From Candidatus Falkowbacteria bacterium (GTDB lineage: Bacteria; Patescibacteriota; Patescibacteriia; Patescibacteriales; UBA12465): a stretch of DNA of 64,000 nt. A model generated the notes under the pieces. That model made no database searches. It worked only from the letters and a program-made list of their open reading frames with translations, and was not told the DNA's origin. The position numbers were made by a program, and so were the translations under genes. The stretch spans positions 83,163-147,162 of the forward strand of contig JAPLVY010000004.1 in the NCBI GenBank assembly GCA_026396875.1. The letters are read 5' to 3'. Shown here piece after piece: positions 20,986 through 30,660 of the stretch; the stretch's first letter is position 1, and every line of letters begins with the position of its first letter.

Positions 20986-21285
20986 ATGAATTTAATTCGT
21001 GTAATGTACACCCTAAAAATTGGGGATAAGAGATTTTTGAAACAGATCTTCGTGCAAGCGGTGCCGGTCAAAGGAACTAGCATCAAAATCGTAAACAGCT
21101 GCTTCGTTGTTGATGACGTTGAGCAGGACCTGGATGCGTATAGTGATTTACTTAATTTCGGCGATCAATCTTGTGAGTCGGTTAGAGCAAGTGTTGACCG
21201 GGGCTGTCATAGTGGGCAAGACTGCGACAGGATCATTGATGATTTATTAAAAAACGACTGGGGTGAGGCAAAAGAAAGGAAGTAG
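20986..21285 (+). CDS. hypothetical protein (99 aa)
   Basis: ORF only; no recognisable motif. Confidence 0.35.
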   Translation: MNLIRVMYTLKIGDKRFLKQIFVQAVPVKGTSIKIVNSCFVVDDVEQDLDAYSDLLNFGDQSCESVRASVDRGCHSGQDCDRIIDDLLKNDWGEAKERK

Positions 21286-21309
21286 TTATTTTATTTTTCT
21301 TTGATTCTC

Positions 21310-21798
21310 ATGGGCTTAAAAATAGATCTGCCTCACGAAACAAGTCACCTCAAGTTAATGGGGTCTTTGTATTTTGATCCATCGGGAAAAAATAAATTTC
21401 TGTTTATTCCCGCCGACAAGGCTAGCAAATCTATTGTTCCCCGGGGAATGAAAGGGCTAGCCATGATTTATGAAATTACCGAAGAAAAGAAATATCGAGA
21501 TTTATTATTTTCTTTGCGAGCTGGTCTGGAACAATTATTTTTTAATGAAGAAAATGTTTTGGGTCCTTGCGTTTTGGATAGCAAAATTCTTCCGATTTAC
21601 AAAAAAGGCGACCGAATGCTTTTTCTTTTCAAACGGAAAGATGAGAAGAGTTATTCGGTTGTTAGTGCGAAAAAAACTTATTGTCGAGAATTACTAGAAA
21701 TTGCTGGCTGTCCTTACTGTATTAAGTTAGGTAGTCACCATCTCGACAACCAAGAAATCCTAAATCCCAGGAAAAACCTATTGGCCTTTCCTTTCTAA
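21310..21798 (+). CDS. hypothetical protein (~162 aa)
   Basis: ORF followed by a terminator; no recognisable motif. ATG 21310 is preferred over TTG 21301. Confidence 0.4.
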   Translation: MGLKIDLPHETSHLKLMGSLYFDPSGKNKFLFIPADKASKSIVPRGMKGLAMIYEITEEKKYRDLLFSLRAGLEQLFFNEENVLGPCVLDSKILPIYKKGDRMLFLFKRKDEKSYSVVSAKKTYCRELLEIAGCPYCIKLGSHHLDNQEILNPRKNLLAFPF

Positions 21799-21799
21799 C

Positions 21800-21831
21800 A
21801 AAAAACAGCTAAACCAAGAGCTGTTTTTTTC
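21800..21831 (+). terminator. rho-independent terminator
   Basis: acagct / agctgt stem plus a T8 run. Confidence 0.65.
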
Positions 21832-21892
21832 TTTATCTTTTTTCGCCAAAACTATCTTTTTTTGTTATAATACTTATACTATTTTCAACTAT

Positions 21893-22399
21893 ATGCAAAA
21901 AGTAAAAAAATCAGTTAAATCTTCAAAAAAGCCAATTATTGTGGCAGTTTCTGGATACTTTAATCCTCTTCATGTTGGTCATCTTGATATGATTGAGAAA
22001 GCAAAAAAGCTCGGCGATAAGTTGGTTGTAATCGTTAACAACGATAAGCAAGTCGCCCTCAAGGGACGAGTGCCTTTTATGTCCGAGAAAGATCGCCTAA
22101 GAATCATTCGGGCCCTGCGAGACGTCGATCAAGCTGTTTTGGCAGTAGACGACTATAAACTTGCTAGTGGTGAGGTCCCAGTAATCAAATCTTTGGCCAA
22201 ATTGCGACCGAATATTTTTGCCAACGGCGGTGATCGTCACAGTATTGTGAATGTTCCAGAATACGAAGTCTGCGAAAAATATCAGATCAAAATGGTTGAC
22301 GGCTTGGGTAAAAAAATCCGTGCCAGTTCGATAATGATCAGAGAGGCCGCTGAAAAAAGAGAAGCTCTTGAAAAGAAACTTCTAAAACCAAAAAAGTAA
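21893..22399 (+). CDS. cytidylyltransferase-family nucleotidyltransferase (HxGH class)
   Basis: 'VAVSGYFNPLHVGHLDMIEKAKKLGDKLVVIVNND' carries the (T/H)xGH motif of the TagD/RfaE-II-like adenylyl/cytidylyltransferases. Confidence 0.7.
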   Translation: MQKVKKSVKSSKKPIIVAVSGYFNPLHVGHLDMIEKAKKLGDKLVVIVNNDKQVALKGRVPFMSEKDRLRIIRALRDVDQAVLAVDDYKLASGEVPVIKSLAKLRPNIFANGGDRHSIVNVPEYEVCEKYQIKMVDGLGKKIRASSIMIREAAEKREALEKKLLKPKK

Positions 22400-22400
22400 C

Positions 22401-23324
22401 ATGAGAAATAAAATAATTAAAATTTCGATTGTCCTTTTAATTGCGGTGTTGCTCTTGATTTTTGCGCAGCCGATTTGGGTGAAAATCGAAAATAAGGTGC
22501 CAACCAGGATTGAGTCCCACTTAAACCATTTTTTTGGCAGAAAATCTTTATTGGAGCGCCGGGCAAAAAAGGCTGAAGTTTCCGTTTCTATCTTGGAGGG
22601 CAAGAATCTGTCAGAAACAATCAATGCTTTTGCCGAGAAAGGCTTGAGTTCTGCTGATGAATTCTATCGTTTTTCTGGTAAACCAAAAATTGATTATCGC
22701 CTCAAAGATTCCTTGGTCTGGCCAAAAGATTATTCCGATCGCTTTGATTTTTTGAAGGACAAACCGAAGTATTATAGTTTGGAGGGGTATTTGTTTCCCG
22801 ATACTTACCGTTTCTTTTCCGACGTTAGTGCTGATGAAATTATCGTCAAGATGTTGGAGAATTTTGATCGCAAACTGACCAAAAAAATGAAGGAGGATAT
22901 TGCTGCGCAGGGAAGGTCAATTTTTGAGATTATTACCATGGCCTCTATTATTGAAAAGGAAGCTCCTATCAACTACGGTACTGGCGACAACAATGATGCA
23001 CGAATAATTTCTGGTATCTTTTGGAGACGTTTGAAAAATGGCCAGGCTCTACAATCTTGCGCTACCCTGGCTTATGTTTTGGGAGAAAATAAAGCACAAT
23101 ATAGTGAAGCGGACACCAAAGTTGACTCTCCTTTTAATACCTATGCTTATCGTGGCCTACCGCCCGCGCCAATTGCTAATCCGGGGATTTTGGCAATTGA
23201 AGCCGCTATTTATCCAGTGGACACAAGCTATAACTACTTTCTGACTCCGGCGGGAACGAAAAAAATTGTTTTTTCCAGTACTTATGAGGAGCACTTAATT
23301 AACAAGAAGAAATATCTTGATTAA
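22401..23324 (+). CDS. mltG: endolytic murein transglycosylase MltG (YceG-like)
   Basis: N-terminal TM, 'MASIIEKEA', 'YNTYAYRGLPPAPIANPG'. Confidence 0.85.
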   Translation: MRNKIIKISIVLLIAVLLLIFAQPIWVKIENKVPTRIESHLNHFFGRKSLLERRAKKAEVSVSILEGKNLSETINAFAEKGLSSADEFYRFSGKPKIDYRLKDSLVWPKDYSDRFDFLKDKPKYYSLEGYLFPDTYRFFSDVSADEIIVKMLENFDRKLTKKMKEDIAAQGRSIFEIITMASIIEKEAPINYGTGDNNDARIISGIFWRRLKNGQALQSCATLAYVLGENKAQYSEADTKVDSPFNTYAYRGLPPAPIANPGILAIEAAIYPVDTSYNYFLTPAGTKKIVFSSTYEEHLINKKKYLD

Positions 23325-23328
23325 AAAT

Positions 23329-25620
23329 ATGTTTGACGAACATTTTTCGGAAAACAATGCGCAGCCGACCTCTGAAAAAGGTGGTTCGGGGGCAATGAAA
23401 AAAATATTGATAATTTCCGCTATCGCCATTTTTCTTCTAATGGCAATTGGTGCGGGCGCTTTCTGGTTTATTCTTTCTCGGCAAAAAGCTCAGCCGAAAA
23501 TTGAGGAAATTGTGGCCACAACTAGTGCTCCCGTTGGCACGATGACCGGACAACTCGCTACTAGTACTTCGCTTTCTGAAATTAAACCTGGAGATTTTTT
23601 GATTGAACAGGTTTCTTTTCAAAATTTCTATCAAGCACCACCTAGCGATTTCCAGTTCAAAATAAATAACTACAGCTTACCGCTTAATGTAAAAACGGAC
23701 ATTATTAACTACTACGACATCTCCCGTAAATTATCTCTCGATCCTGGTCTCTCAAGTTTGGACAAAAATGGTTTCGCGATTATTGATAATCCCGATGCAG
23801 TAAAAAATAGTGATTTCTATTCTTCATTCTCTTGGCTGAAGAGTAAGGGGATTCCTATTCTAATCACCGCCGACTTTCTTTCTTATTATTATCAAAATAG
23901 CTTAAAATTAAGCTTCAAGCACTTAGAGGAAAATCTGTTTTACGATAGCTTGCAAAAGATCAGTAAGGAGTTATTTGATACCGCAAGAATGCGCTATGAA
24001 GCCCGTCGCGCTAAAATTGGTAATACCAATGATCAGATCCTTGAAGGAGAGCGCTTGGAATTGGCTTTTTTCGCGGTTTCCCTGCAACTTTTAAAGCCGC
24101 AAGTCGATCAAATAACTACCGACAAAGTGGCTTATCCGGAAAAATTTAGCTCGGCCGAAGCCAAAGATTTTGATTTTTCCCTGCCAGAATACCTGAAGGA
24201 TGACGTGGAAAGGGAAGTCGCTCTTATTAGGTCAGCAAAAGAAACCGTGAAGTCACCGGTGCTCCTTTATAACAGAAATTATAATGACTTCACTCTTCCT
24301 TCAGAATTTCGTAATAATGCTCGTCTGAACAATTTTTATTTAGCGGCAAAATGGTTGAATTCAGTTTTCCCTCTTTATTATCAGAGTAAGGATTGCCCGA
24401 GCTGTCAGTTAGACGAAAATGACTGGCAGGTTAATTTAACAGCCGCCTCTTTTATTTCCCAAGATTTCTATAGCAGCTATCGAGTAAAGAATCAGTGGGC
24501 TCGTATTTACAAAACTCTCTCTTTTTATAAAGGCTTGCGTGGAGATTTAACTTATTTGGAATACCACAAAGTTTTAGGAGATATCTTTGGTGAGAATTAC
24601 AATCTGGAAGCTTCTTTGGGGGCGGAAAATTCTTCTTCTTCTGCCAATTTTAATCAATTGCGCTCACGTTTGCTGGCCCTGCGTTTTCCGGAATGGGCTG
24701 GCGGCTATAATCGTGACGATCTTGCCGTCCGTCCGCAAATCGGCTTTCGGGTTTTAGCAGATTTTTATTCGGCCAATGATTTCATTTCTCGCGAATTGAC
24801 AGCGCCACAGGTCGGGGCTTATCAGGGAAAGGATTTAGAAATTAGTTCTTTATGCCAATCAACAAAAACTCGCTGCAAGTTGTTGGCTCTGGATGTGGTT
24901 AATTTAATGGTTTCTGCTCCTGATCCAAATTGGCTTTTAAACATTAATTACCAGGGTTTTACGGCTAAATTCTTAGCCCTGAAAGATACTCTGTCCAAAT
25001 TCTCATCTTGGCCAACCAGTAATTACTGGTCTACCATAAAAATAGTTAGAGATTATTTGGGCGCACCAAAATCTCAGCTGCCGATTTTTGGTCAAAATGA
25101 CGCTTGGAAAAAACGCCAAATTGATGCTAGCAAGGCTTGGTGGTTGAATTTGCAATCTAGCTCGGATTCCGTTAAAGTAACAAACAGCGGTTCTTTGGGG
25201 AGTGGTAGCGATTTACAGGGAGCAGAGTACTATTATCTTGAGCCAGACCTTAATTTATTGAATAATCTGGTTGCAAATAGCCAAATGATTCTCGGAATGT
25301 ATCGAGCTTTGCAAATAAATTCCGAAGACCCCGGTGCTTATTCTCGAGTGGAGATGATGTCGAAGGATTTAGAATTCACGAGAGAACTGGCCAAAAAGGA
25401 ATTGTCCGGCCAAGGACTTTTAATCGAAGATGATGTCTTTCTCGGTAAATTAGTTGGCCAATATCAAACGGTTAAAGCGAATCTGGACCAATTTAATTTA
25501 GGAGCAACCAGTCTGAATTACAAATTCGCCGCACCAAAATTTTTAATTTTAATTTCACAGACCGGAACCACCAAGTCTTTCAGCGTTGGGCCGATATTTT
25601 CCTACTCTGAAAGTCGTTAA
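23329..25620 (+). CDS. large membrane-anchored protein of unknown function (possibly DUF3160-like)
   Basis: ~764 aa. TM 'ILIISAIAIFLLMAIGAGAFWFIL' followed by a large soluble domain. The start overlaps or abuts the mltG stop. DUF3160 resemblance is from memory only. Confidence 0.55.
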   Translation: MFDEHFSENNAQPTSEKGGSGAMKKILIISAIAIFLLMAIGAGAFWFILSRQKAQPKIEEIVATTSAPVGTMTGQLATSTSLSEIKPGDFLIEQVSFQNFYQAPPSDFQFKINNYSLPLNVKTDIINYYDISRKLSLDPGLSSLDKNGFAIIDNPDAVKNSDFYSSFSWLKSKGIPILITADFLSYYYQNSLKLSFKHLEENLFYDSLQKISKELFDTARMRYEARRAKIGNTNDQILEGERLELAFFAVSLQLLKPQVDQITTDKVAYPEKFSSAEAKDFDFSLPEYLKDDVEREVALIRSAKETVKSPVLLYNRNYNDFTLPSEFRNNARLNNFYLAAKWLNSVFPLYYQSKDCPSCQLDENDWQVNLTAASFISQDFYSSYRVKNQWARIYKTLSFYKGLRGDLTYLEYHKVLGDIFGENYNLEASLGAENSSSSANFNQLRSRLLALRFPEWAGGYNRDDLAVRPQIGFRVLADFYSANDFISRELTAPQVGAYQGKDLEISSLCQSTKTRCKLLALDVVNLMVSAPDPNWLLNINYQGFTAKFLALKDTLSKFSSWPTSNYWSTIKIVRDYLGAPKSQLPIFGQNDAWKKRQIDASKAWWLNLQSSSDSVKVTNSGSLGSGSDLQGAEYYYLEPDLNLLNNLVANSQMILGMYRALQINSEDPGAYSRVEMMSKDLEFTRELAKKELSGQGLLIEDDVFLGKLVGQYQTVKANLDQFNLGATSLNYKFAAPKFLILISQTGTTKSFSVGPIFSYSESR

Positions 25621-25623
25621 AAC

Positions 25624-26931
25624 ATGAAAAAAAATACCTATCACCTTATCACTATCGGTTGTCAGATGAATAAAGCTGACAGCGAGCGCGTTGCTTCCTT
25701 TTTGGAAGAACGCGCTTTTCGGCTATTAGAGGATTTTACCGAGGCCAACTTGGTGATCTTAACGACCTGCGGTGTCCGTCAATCTGCCGAAGACCGGGTT
25801 TATGGTCTCGTTAATCAAATTAGAAAAGCCAATACAGAGGCGACGGTGGTTATCACTGGCTGTCTGGCAAAAAGAAAAGACGTCTGGCGCCGTTTAAAGG
25901 GGCAGGTTGATTTATTTATGCCAATCAACGAATTGCCCAATATTTTTGAGCTTTTAGAGAAAAATGTTTCCAGAAAAGAGCAGGGTCTGGTAGATAGTAG
26001 AATTATCGAAGGAGAAAAATATCTTTCCATTGAACCGAAATATCAGAGTCCTTACACCGCCTATGTTCCGATTGGTAATGGCTGCGATAATTTTTGCGCC
26101 TATTGTGTTGTGCCTTATGCACGTGGTCGAGAAGTCTATCGACCGCTAGAAGAAGTTATCGCTGAGGTCCAGGGGCTCCTGGCCAAGGGTTATAAAGAAA
26201 TCGTTCTTATTGCTCAGAATGTGAATAGCTATCTTAGCGGCCAAGACAAATTTCCAGACCTTTTGAAAAAAGTCCTCGCCTTGCCTGGAGAATTTTGGGT
26301 GCGCTTTTCTTCTAGCCATCCAAAAGATTTAAGCGATGAGCTTATTGCTCTTTTGGCGGATCAAAAGATGTGCCCCCATCTTCATTTGGCCGTGCAAAGC
26401 GGTGATGATGAGGTTCTAGAGAGAATGAACAGAAAGTATACCGCCAGTCATTACCGCGGCTTAATCGCCAAAGCACGGGCTGTCCGTCAAGATTTAGCAA
26501 TAACTACCGATGTGATTGTCGGCTTTCCTGGAGAAACGGAAGAACAATTTGAAAATTCGGCAAAGCTTTTTCAAGACTTGAAATTTGACCTGGCATATAC
26601 CGCTCAATATAGCCCGAGGCCAGGAACGGTTTCCGCTTTAATGGAAGACAATGTCTCTAGAGAGGAAAAGCGTCGGCGAGAGAAGGTGCTAACCGAAATT
26701 TTAAAGATCAGTGGTGAGGAAAAAAACCGAGAATATCTTGAGAAAGAAGTACTTGTTTTGGTCGATGGTACAAATAAGAATGGTAAATACTACGGTAAGA
26801 CTGGTAGTTATAAAACGGTAATCTTTACCGCGCCAGAGAATATAAGAAAAGATGACCTGGTGGGCAACTTTGTAAGCGTCAAAATAATTGCGGTGATGGA
26901 CTTTGGTCTAGAGGGGCAATTAGTGATCTAA
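25624..26931 (+). CDS. miaB: tRNA-2-methylthio-N6-dimethylallyladenosine synthase
   Basis: UPF0004 Cys triad ('GCQMNKADSE'), radical-SAM 'CDNFCAYC', C-terminal TRAM domain. Confidence 0.9.
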   Translation: MKKNTYHLITIGCQMNKADSERVASFLEERAFRLLEDFTEANLVILTTCGVRQSAEDRVYGLVNQIRKANTEATVVITGCLAKRKDVWRRLKGQVDLFMPINELPNIFELLEKNVSRKEQGLVDSRIIEGEKYLSIEPKYQSPYTAYVPIGNGCDNFCAYCVVPYARGREVYRPLEEVIAEVQGLLAKGYKEIVLIAQNVNSYLSGQDKFPDLLKKVLALPGEFWVRFSSSHPKDLSDELIALLADQKMCPHLHLAVQSGDDEVLERMNRKYTASHYRGLIAKARAVRQDLAITTDVIVGFPGETEEQFENSAKLFQDLKFDLAYTAQYSPRPGTVSALMEDNVSREEKRRREKVLTEILKISGEEKNREYLEKEVLVLVDGTNKNGKYYGKTGSYKTVIFTAPENIRKDDLVGNFVSVKIIAVMDFGLEGQLVI

Positions 26932-27092
26932 AAAAAAGAAGAAAGGAACCGTTACTCAAGCGGTTCCTAACATTTTCGAATATGAATTGTTTATACAAAC
27001 CAAAAGGTTTGATTAAATATTATCGGGATTAGTATTATTTGTCAATATTATCTTTCAATTAGCATTTTTCGCTAGTTTTCTTAAAATAATTT

Positions 27093-28028
27093 ATGTCCAA
27101 TAAATTAGCCAAAAAACCAAAGGTTTTGGTAATTCTTGGTCCGACTTCTGGTGGCAAGACAGCTCTCGGGGTTCGCCTGGCTTTTGAGTTATCCGGAGAA
27201 ATAATCTCGGCAGATAGTCGTCAGGTTTATCGAGGGATGGACATCGGTACCGGCAAGGACCTGGGCGAATATACGGTTGAGGGGAAAAATATTCCCTATC
27301 ATTTAATTGACATCGTCTCTCCGAACACTAACTTTAATCTTGCCAAGTACCAGCGCTTAGCCACTAAGGCGATCGAGAAAACTATTGCTAGAGGGAACTT
27401 ACCAATTATCGTTGGTGGCACCGGTCTTTATTTGCAATCTTTGGTAGATAATTACGCTTTGGCTAACGGTAAAAGCGATCTAAAGCTGAGAGCGGAACTG
27501 GAACTTCTGGGAGCTGATAGATTATTTACCAATTTAAAAAATCAGGCGCCAGATTTCGCCGACAAGTTAAACAATAGTGATCGAAATAATCCCCGACGCC
27601 TAGCTCGCTACTTAGAGCTTGCCGCAGAAGGAAGATTGTCGGAAATTGGTAAGCGTGCAGCAAAATATGATTTTTTAATTCTTGGAACGCTTCGTGATGA
27701 CGAAGATTTGCGGAAAAGAATCAGTGACAGGAGAAGAGAAATGATTGAAAAGGAGGGCTTGGTTGAGGAGGTAAACCATCTTCACAAAAAGAGTGTTTCC
27801 TGGAAGCGACTAATTTCCTTCGGTCTCGAGTATAAATTTGTGAGTTGGTTTTTAATGGGGAAAATGGATTACGACACGATGTGCTCGAAGTTAGATACCG
27901 AAATTTGCCAATTTGCTAAACGTCAAAAAACCTGGTTCAAAAGATGGGAGAATCAGGGAACTAAAATAAATTGGGTAAAAAGTCTTGGCGAGGCGCGTCG
28001 GATAAGCAGCGATTGGCTAAAGAAATAA
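27093..28028 (+). CDS. miaA: tRNA dimethylallyltransferase
   Basis: P-loop 'GPTSGGKT', 'ISADSRQVYRGMDIGTGK', 'GGTGLYLQSL'. Confidence 0.92.
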   Translation: MSNKLAKKPKVLVILGPTSGGKTALGVRLAFELSGEIISADSRQVYRGMDIGTGKDLGEYTVEGKNIPYHLIDIVSPNTNFNLAKYQRLATKAIEKTIARGNLPIIVGGTGLYLQSLVDNYALANGKSDLKLRAELELLGADRLFTNLKNQAPDFADKLNNSDRNNPRRLARYLELAAEGRLSEIGKRAAKYDFLILGTLRDDEDLRKRISDRRREMIEKEGLVEEVNHLHKKSVSWKRLISFGLEYKFVSWFLMGKMDYDTMCSKLDTEICQFAKRQKTWFKRWENQGTKINWVKSLGEARRISSDWLKK

Positions 28029-28030
28029 AT

Positions 28031-28705
28031 ATGATCAAATTATCTTTTACTCGCCAAGAATTAGATGCTGTCCTGAAAGACCCTGCTTATCAACCAGAGA
28101 AACTGCTCAGTTTTTTGGCAAGAGATTTGGGAGATATCTACACCTCTGATGCCGGACTTTGGGAGAAATACACCATTGGTGAGCATACCTTAATGGTCTT
28201 ACGGCAATTTGAAAAGTACTATTCTTACCAAATACTTCCCGCGCAGATTGACCGCAATTTTTTTCGTTTTTTTATCTCCTTGCATGATATTGGCAAGAAA
28301 AAAGCTATTGAATTAGGGAATAAAGATTTGCAGCACGAGCATACTACTGCCCTGGCTGGTGATATTTTTCAACAATTAAATTTTTCTGATCAGGAATGGC
28401 ACTTATTTGAATCGCTTGTCGAACGAGAATATTTGGGTCATTATTTCAAGGGCAGGGATATTAAGGCAACTTGTCAGGAAATAATTTCTGCTTGCAAGAA
28501 GACCGACTTGTCGTTACTTGATTTCTTGGCAGTTTTAGAAATGTTTTATAAAGTTGACGCTGGAAGTTACACTAAGGATGCTTCCGGCTTAGAGTCTTTG
28601 GATAAACTTTTTTTCTTTGATCATGTTAATCATCGGCTCAATTTTTCCAAAGAAGTTGAAGAAAAATTTATAATTCTTCGGGACGCGCTAATTTATAGGC
28701 AATAA
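28031..28705 (+). CDS. HD-domain-like phosphohydrolase (putative)
   Basis: 'GEHTLMV' ... 'SLHDIGKKKA' forms an H...HD pattern. ATG 28031 lies directly after the miaA stop; the track start at 27971 overlaps miaA. Confidence 0.5.
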   Translation: MIKLSFTRQELDAVLKDPAYQPEKLLSFLARDLGDIYTSDAGLWEKYTIGEHTLMVLRQFEKYYSYQILPAQIDRNFFRFFISLHDIGKKKAIELGNKDLQHEHTTALAGDIFQQLNFSDQEWHLFESLVEREYLGHYFKGRDIKATCQEIISACKKTDLSLLDFLAVLEMFYKVDAGSYTKDASGLESLDKLFFFDHVNHRLNFSKEVEEKFIILRDALIYRQ

Positions 28706-28716
28706 GATTTAGTAAT

Positions 28717-28751
28717 AAAAAAATCCGTCACCAGAGTGACGGATTTTTTTT
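28717..28751. terminator. bidirectional rho-independent terminator
   Basis: atccgtcac-caga-gtgacggat flanked by an A-run and a T-run, between convergent genes. Confidence 0.85.
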
Positions 28752-30225
28752 ATTTGGTGAGATGATTTTCCAGAATTTTCTTGGTAATTTCCGGGTCAGC
28801 TTTGCCGCCAGTTTTTGCCATCACTTTTCCTAGAAAGAATGCCAATAAGGGGAGTTTTCCTTGTTTGTATTGTTCCGCCTGTTCGGGAAAAGTATTAATA
28901 ATTTCCTTGGCGATATCTTCAATTATTTTTTCGTCACTGATTTTTTCTAGACCAGATTTTTCTACTATTTCTTGTGGGGTTTTTCCTTCTTTAAACATTT
29001 GACTTAAAACTTCTTGCCCGGCGTTACTGGTGATTTTCCCCTCGCTAAGCATGATGATTAGTGAGGAAAAATTTTCTGGAGAAATTTTTAGATGTGCAAT
29101 TTCTTCTCCAGCAATATGGATATTTTTTAATAGCTCGCTCACTATCCAGCCCGCTGCATTAGGTGCGAGTTCAATCATTTTTTTATCTCCTAGGGAGCGG
29201 AACACGCTTTCGGAAAAATTTGCCAATTTTGGATCGTTGATTATTTGGTCGGCAATTTCTTCTTTGATGCCGAAGTCGGCTTTAAAGCGATTTTTTTTAG
29301 CTTCCGGTAATTCGATTAATTCTTTTTTAATTTTCTCAAGCCAGTCATCGCTGATGTTGACTGGAGGGATGTCTGGTTCTGGAAAATAGCGATAGTCAGC
29401 GGCGCTTTCTTTGATTCTTTGAGAGTTGGTGACGTTTTTGGAATCATCCCAGCCTCTAGTCTCAGCAATAATTATCTGGCCATTTTCCAGTTCTTTGGTC
29501 TGACGCTCAATTTCAAAAGCTATGGCTTTTTCTACTGCTCGGAAAGAATTAATATTTTTTACCTCCACCTTGTGATTTAATTTTTTATTTCCAGTAGGAA
29601 GAATTTGTCCATTTTCGTATTTCCAAGAGCCAGCCTCCTGGATGCTCACGTTCGCCTCACAACGCATTTCCCCTTTCTCCATGTCGGCATTGCTGGCGCC
29701 AAGATAACGCAATACTCGTTGATAATTTTGGCAGAATTTCTTGGCCTCTTCGGCGCTACGGATGGTCGGCTCAGTTACTAGTTCCAAGAGTGGTGTTCCG
29801 GCGCGATTAAAATCAATTAAGGTATACTCTGAATTTTTTGGGTGGAAAGATTTTCCAGTGTCTTCCTCTAAGTGGATTCTGGTAATAAGAATTTCTTCGT
29901 CATCAAGGTTAATTTTCCCGTGATGAGCAAAGGGCAGGTCGTATTGAGAAATTTGATAACCTTTCGGCAGGTCAGGGTAAAAGTAATTTTTTCGATCAAA
30001 TTTTGATAAACGGTTAATTTCACAATTATAAGCTAGGCCAATTAGGATATTGAGTTCAATCGCCCTTTTGTTTGGCACCGGAAGGGTTCCTGGATGGCCA
30101 AGGCAAATCGGACAAGTGGCGTCATTTGGCGCCATACCTGCTCCATTTTGACAGGAGCAGAACATTTTACTGGCAGTTTTGAGTTCGGCATGGATTTCCA
30201 GGCCAATGATAGCGTCGTATTTCAT
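28750..30225 (-). CDS. gatB: Asp/Glu-tRNA(Asn/Gln) amidotransferase subunit B
   Basis: 'YDAIIGLEIHAELKT', 'CEANVSI', C-terminal YqeY-like tail. Confidence 0.95.
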   Translation of the reverse strand: MKYDAIIGLEIHAELKTASKMFCSCQNGAGMAPNDATCPICLGHPGTLPVPNKRAIELNILIGLAYNCEINRLSKFDRKNYFYPDLPKGYQISQYDLPFAHHGKINLDDEEILITRIHLEEDTGKSFHPKNSEYTLIDFNRAGTPLLELVTEPTIRSAEEAKKFCQNYQRVLRYLGASNADMEKGEMRCEANVSIQEAGSWKYENGQILPTGNKKLNHKVEVKNINSFRAVEKAIAFEIERQTKELENGQIIIAETRGWDDSKNVTNSQRIKESAADYRYFPEPDIPPVNISDDWLEKIKKELIELPEAKKNRFKADFGIKEEIADQIINDPKLANFSESVFRSLGDKKMIELAPNAAGWIVSELLKNIHIAGEEIAHLKISPENFSSLIIMLSEGKITSNAGQEVLSQMFKEGKTPQEIVEKSGLEKISDEKIIEDIAKEIINTFPEQAEQYKQGKLPLLAFFLGKVMAKTGGKADPEITKKILENHLTK

Positions 30226-30275
30226 ACTGTTATTTTAGCGCAAAAACATCAAAAAGGTCAAAATTCCCGAGAAAT

Positions 30276-30300
30276 TAAAAATCCTCCGCAATGGAGGATT
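30276..30300 (-). terminator. rho-independent terminator (minus strand)
   Basis: atcctcc / ggaggat stem. The A-run on plus equals a T-run on minus, immediately after the stop of the 30300..30599 ORF. Confidence 0.6.
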
Positions 30301-30599
30301 TAGTTGGCCAGGGATTGCGCTTTTTTAATTAGCCAATTGGCGTCTTTATCGGGAAATAATTTTTTAAGAGAGCCAACGGCGTAGGAGGCGGCTTTGGTGG
30401 GAATACCGCCAAAGAGATCTTGCATAATGACTATGCTACCTTCTTCCATGGTGTCTATTTTTTCTGAACTGCTTTCAAAATTTTTCTCTGCCAAGTCATG
30501 CTTAATTCCTGCTACTTGCTGCTCAAAACCAATAAGGTCTTGTCCGGACTCAACCGGCTGGCCAATAGTTTCTTGGTTTATGTGTTCTAATGATGACAT
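30300..30599 (-). CDS. hypothetical acidic protein (99 aa)
   Basis: ORF with its own terminator; no motif recognised. Confidence 0.4.
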   Translation of the reverse strand: MSSLEHINQETIGQPVESGQDLIGFEQQVAGIKHDLAEKNFESSSEKIDTMEEGSIVIMQDLFGGIPTKAASYAVGSLKKLFPDKDANWLIKKAQSLAN

Positions 30600-30660
30600 G
30601 ACTTTATTCTGTAATATTTTGCTTTATAAGTCAATAGAGATTTTTTTGAAAAAAAATTTT

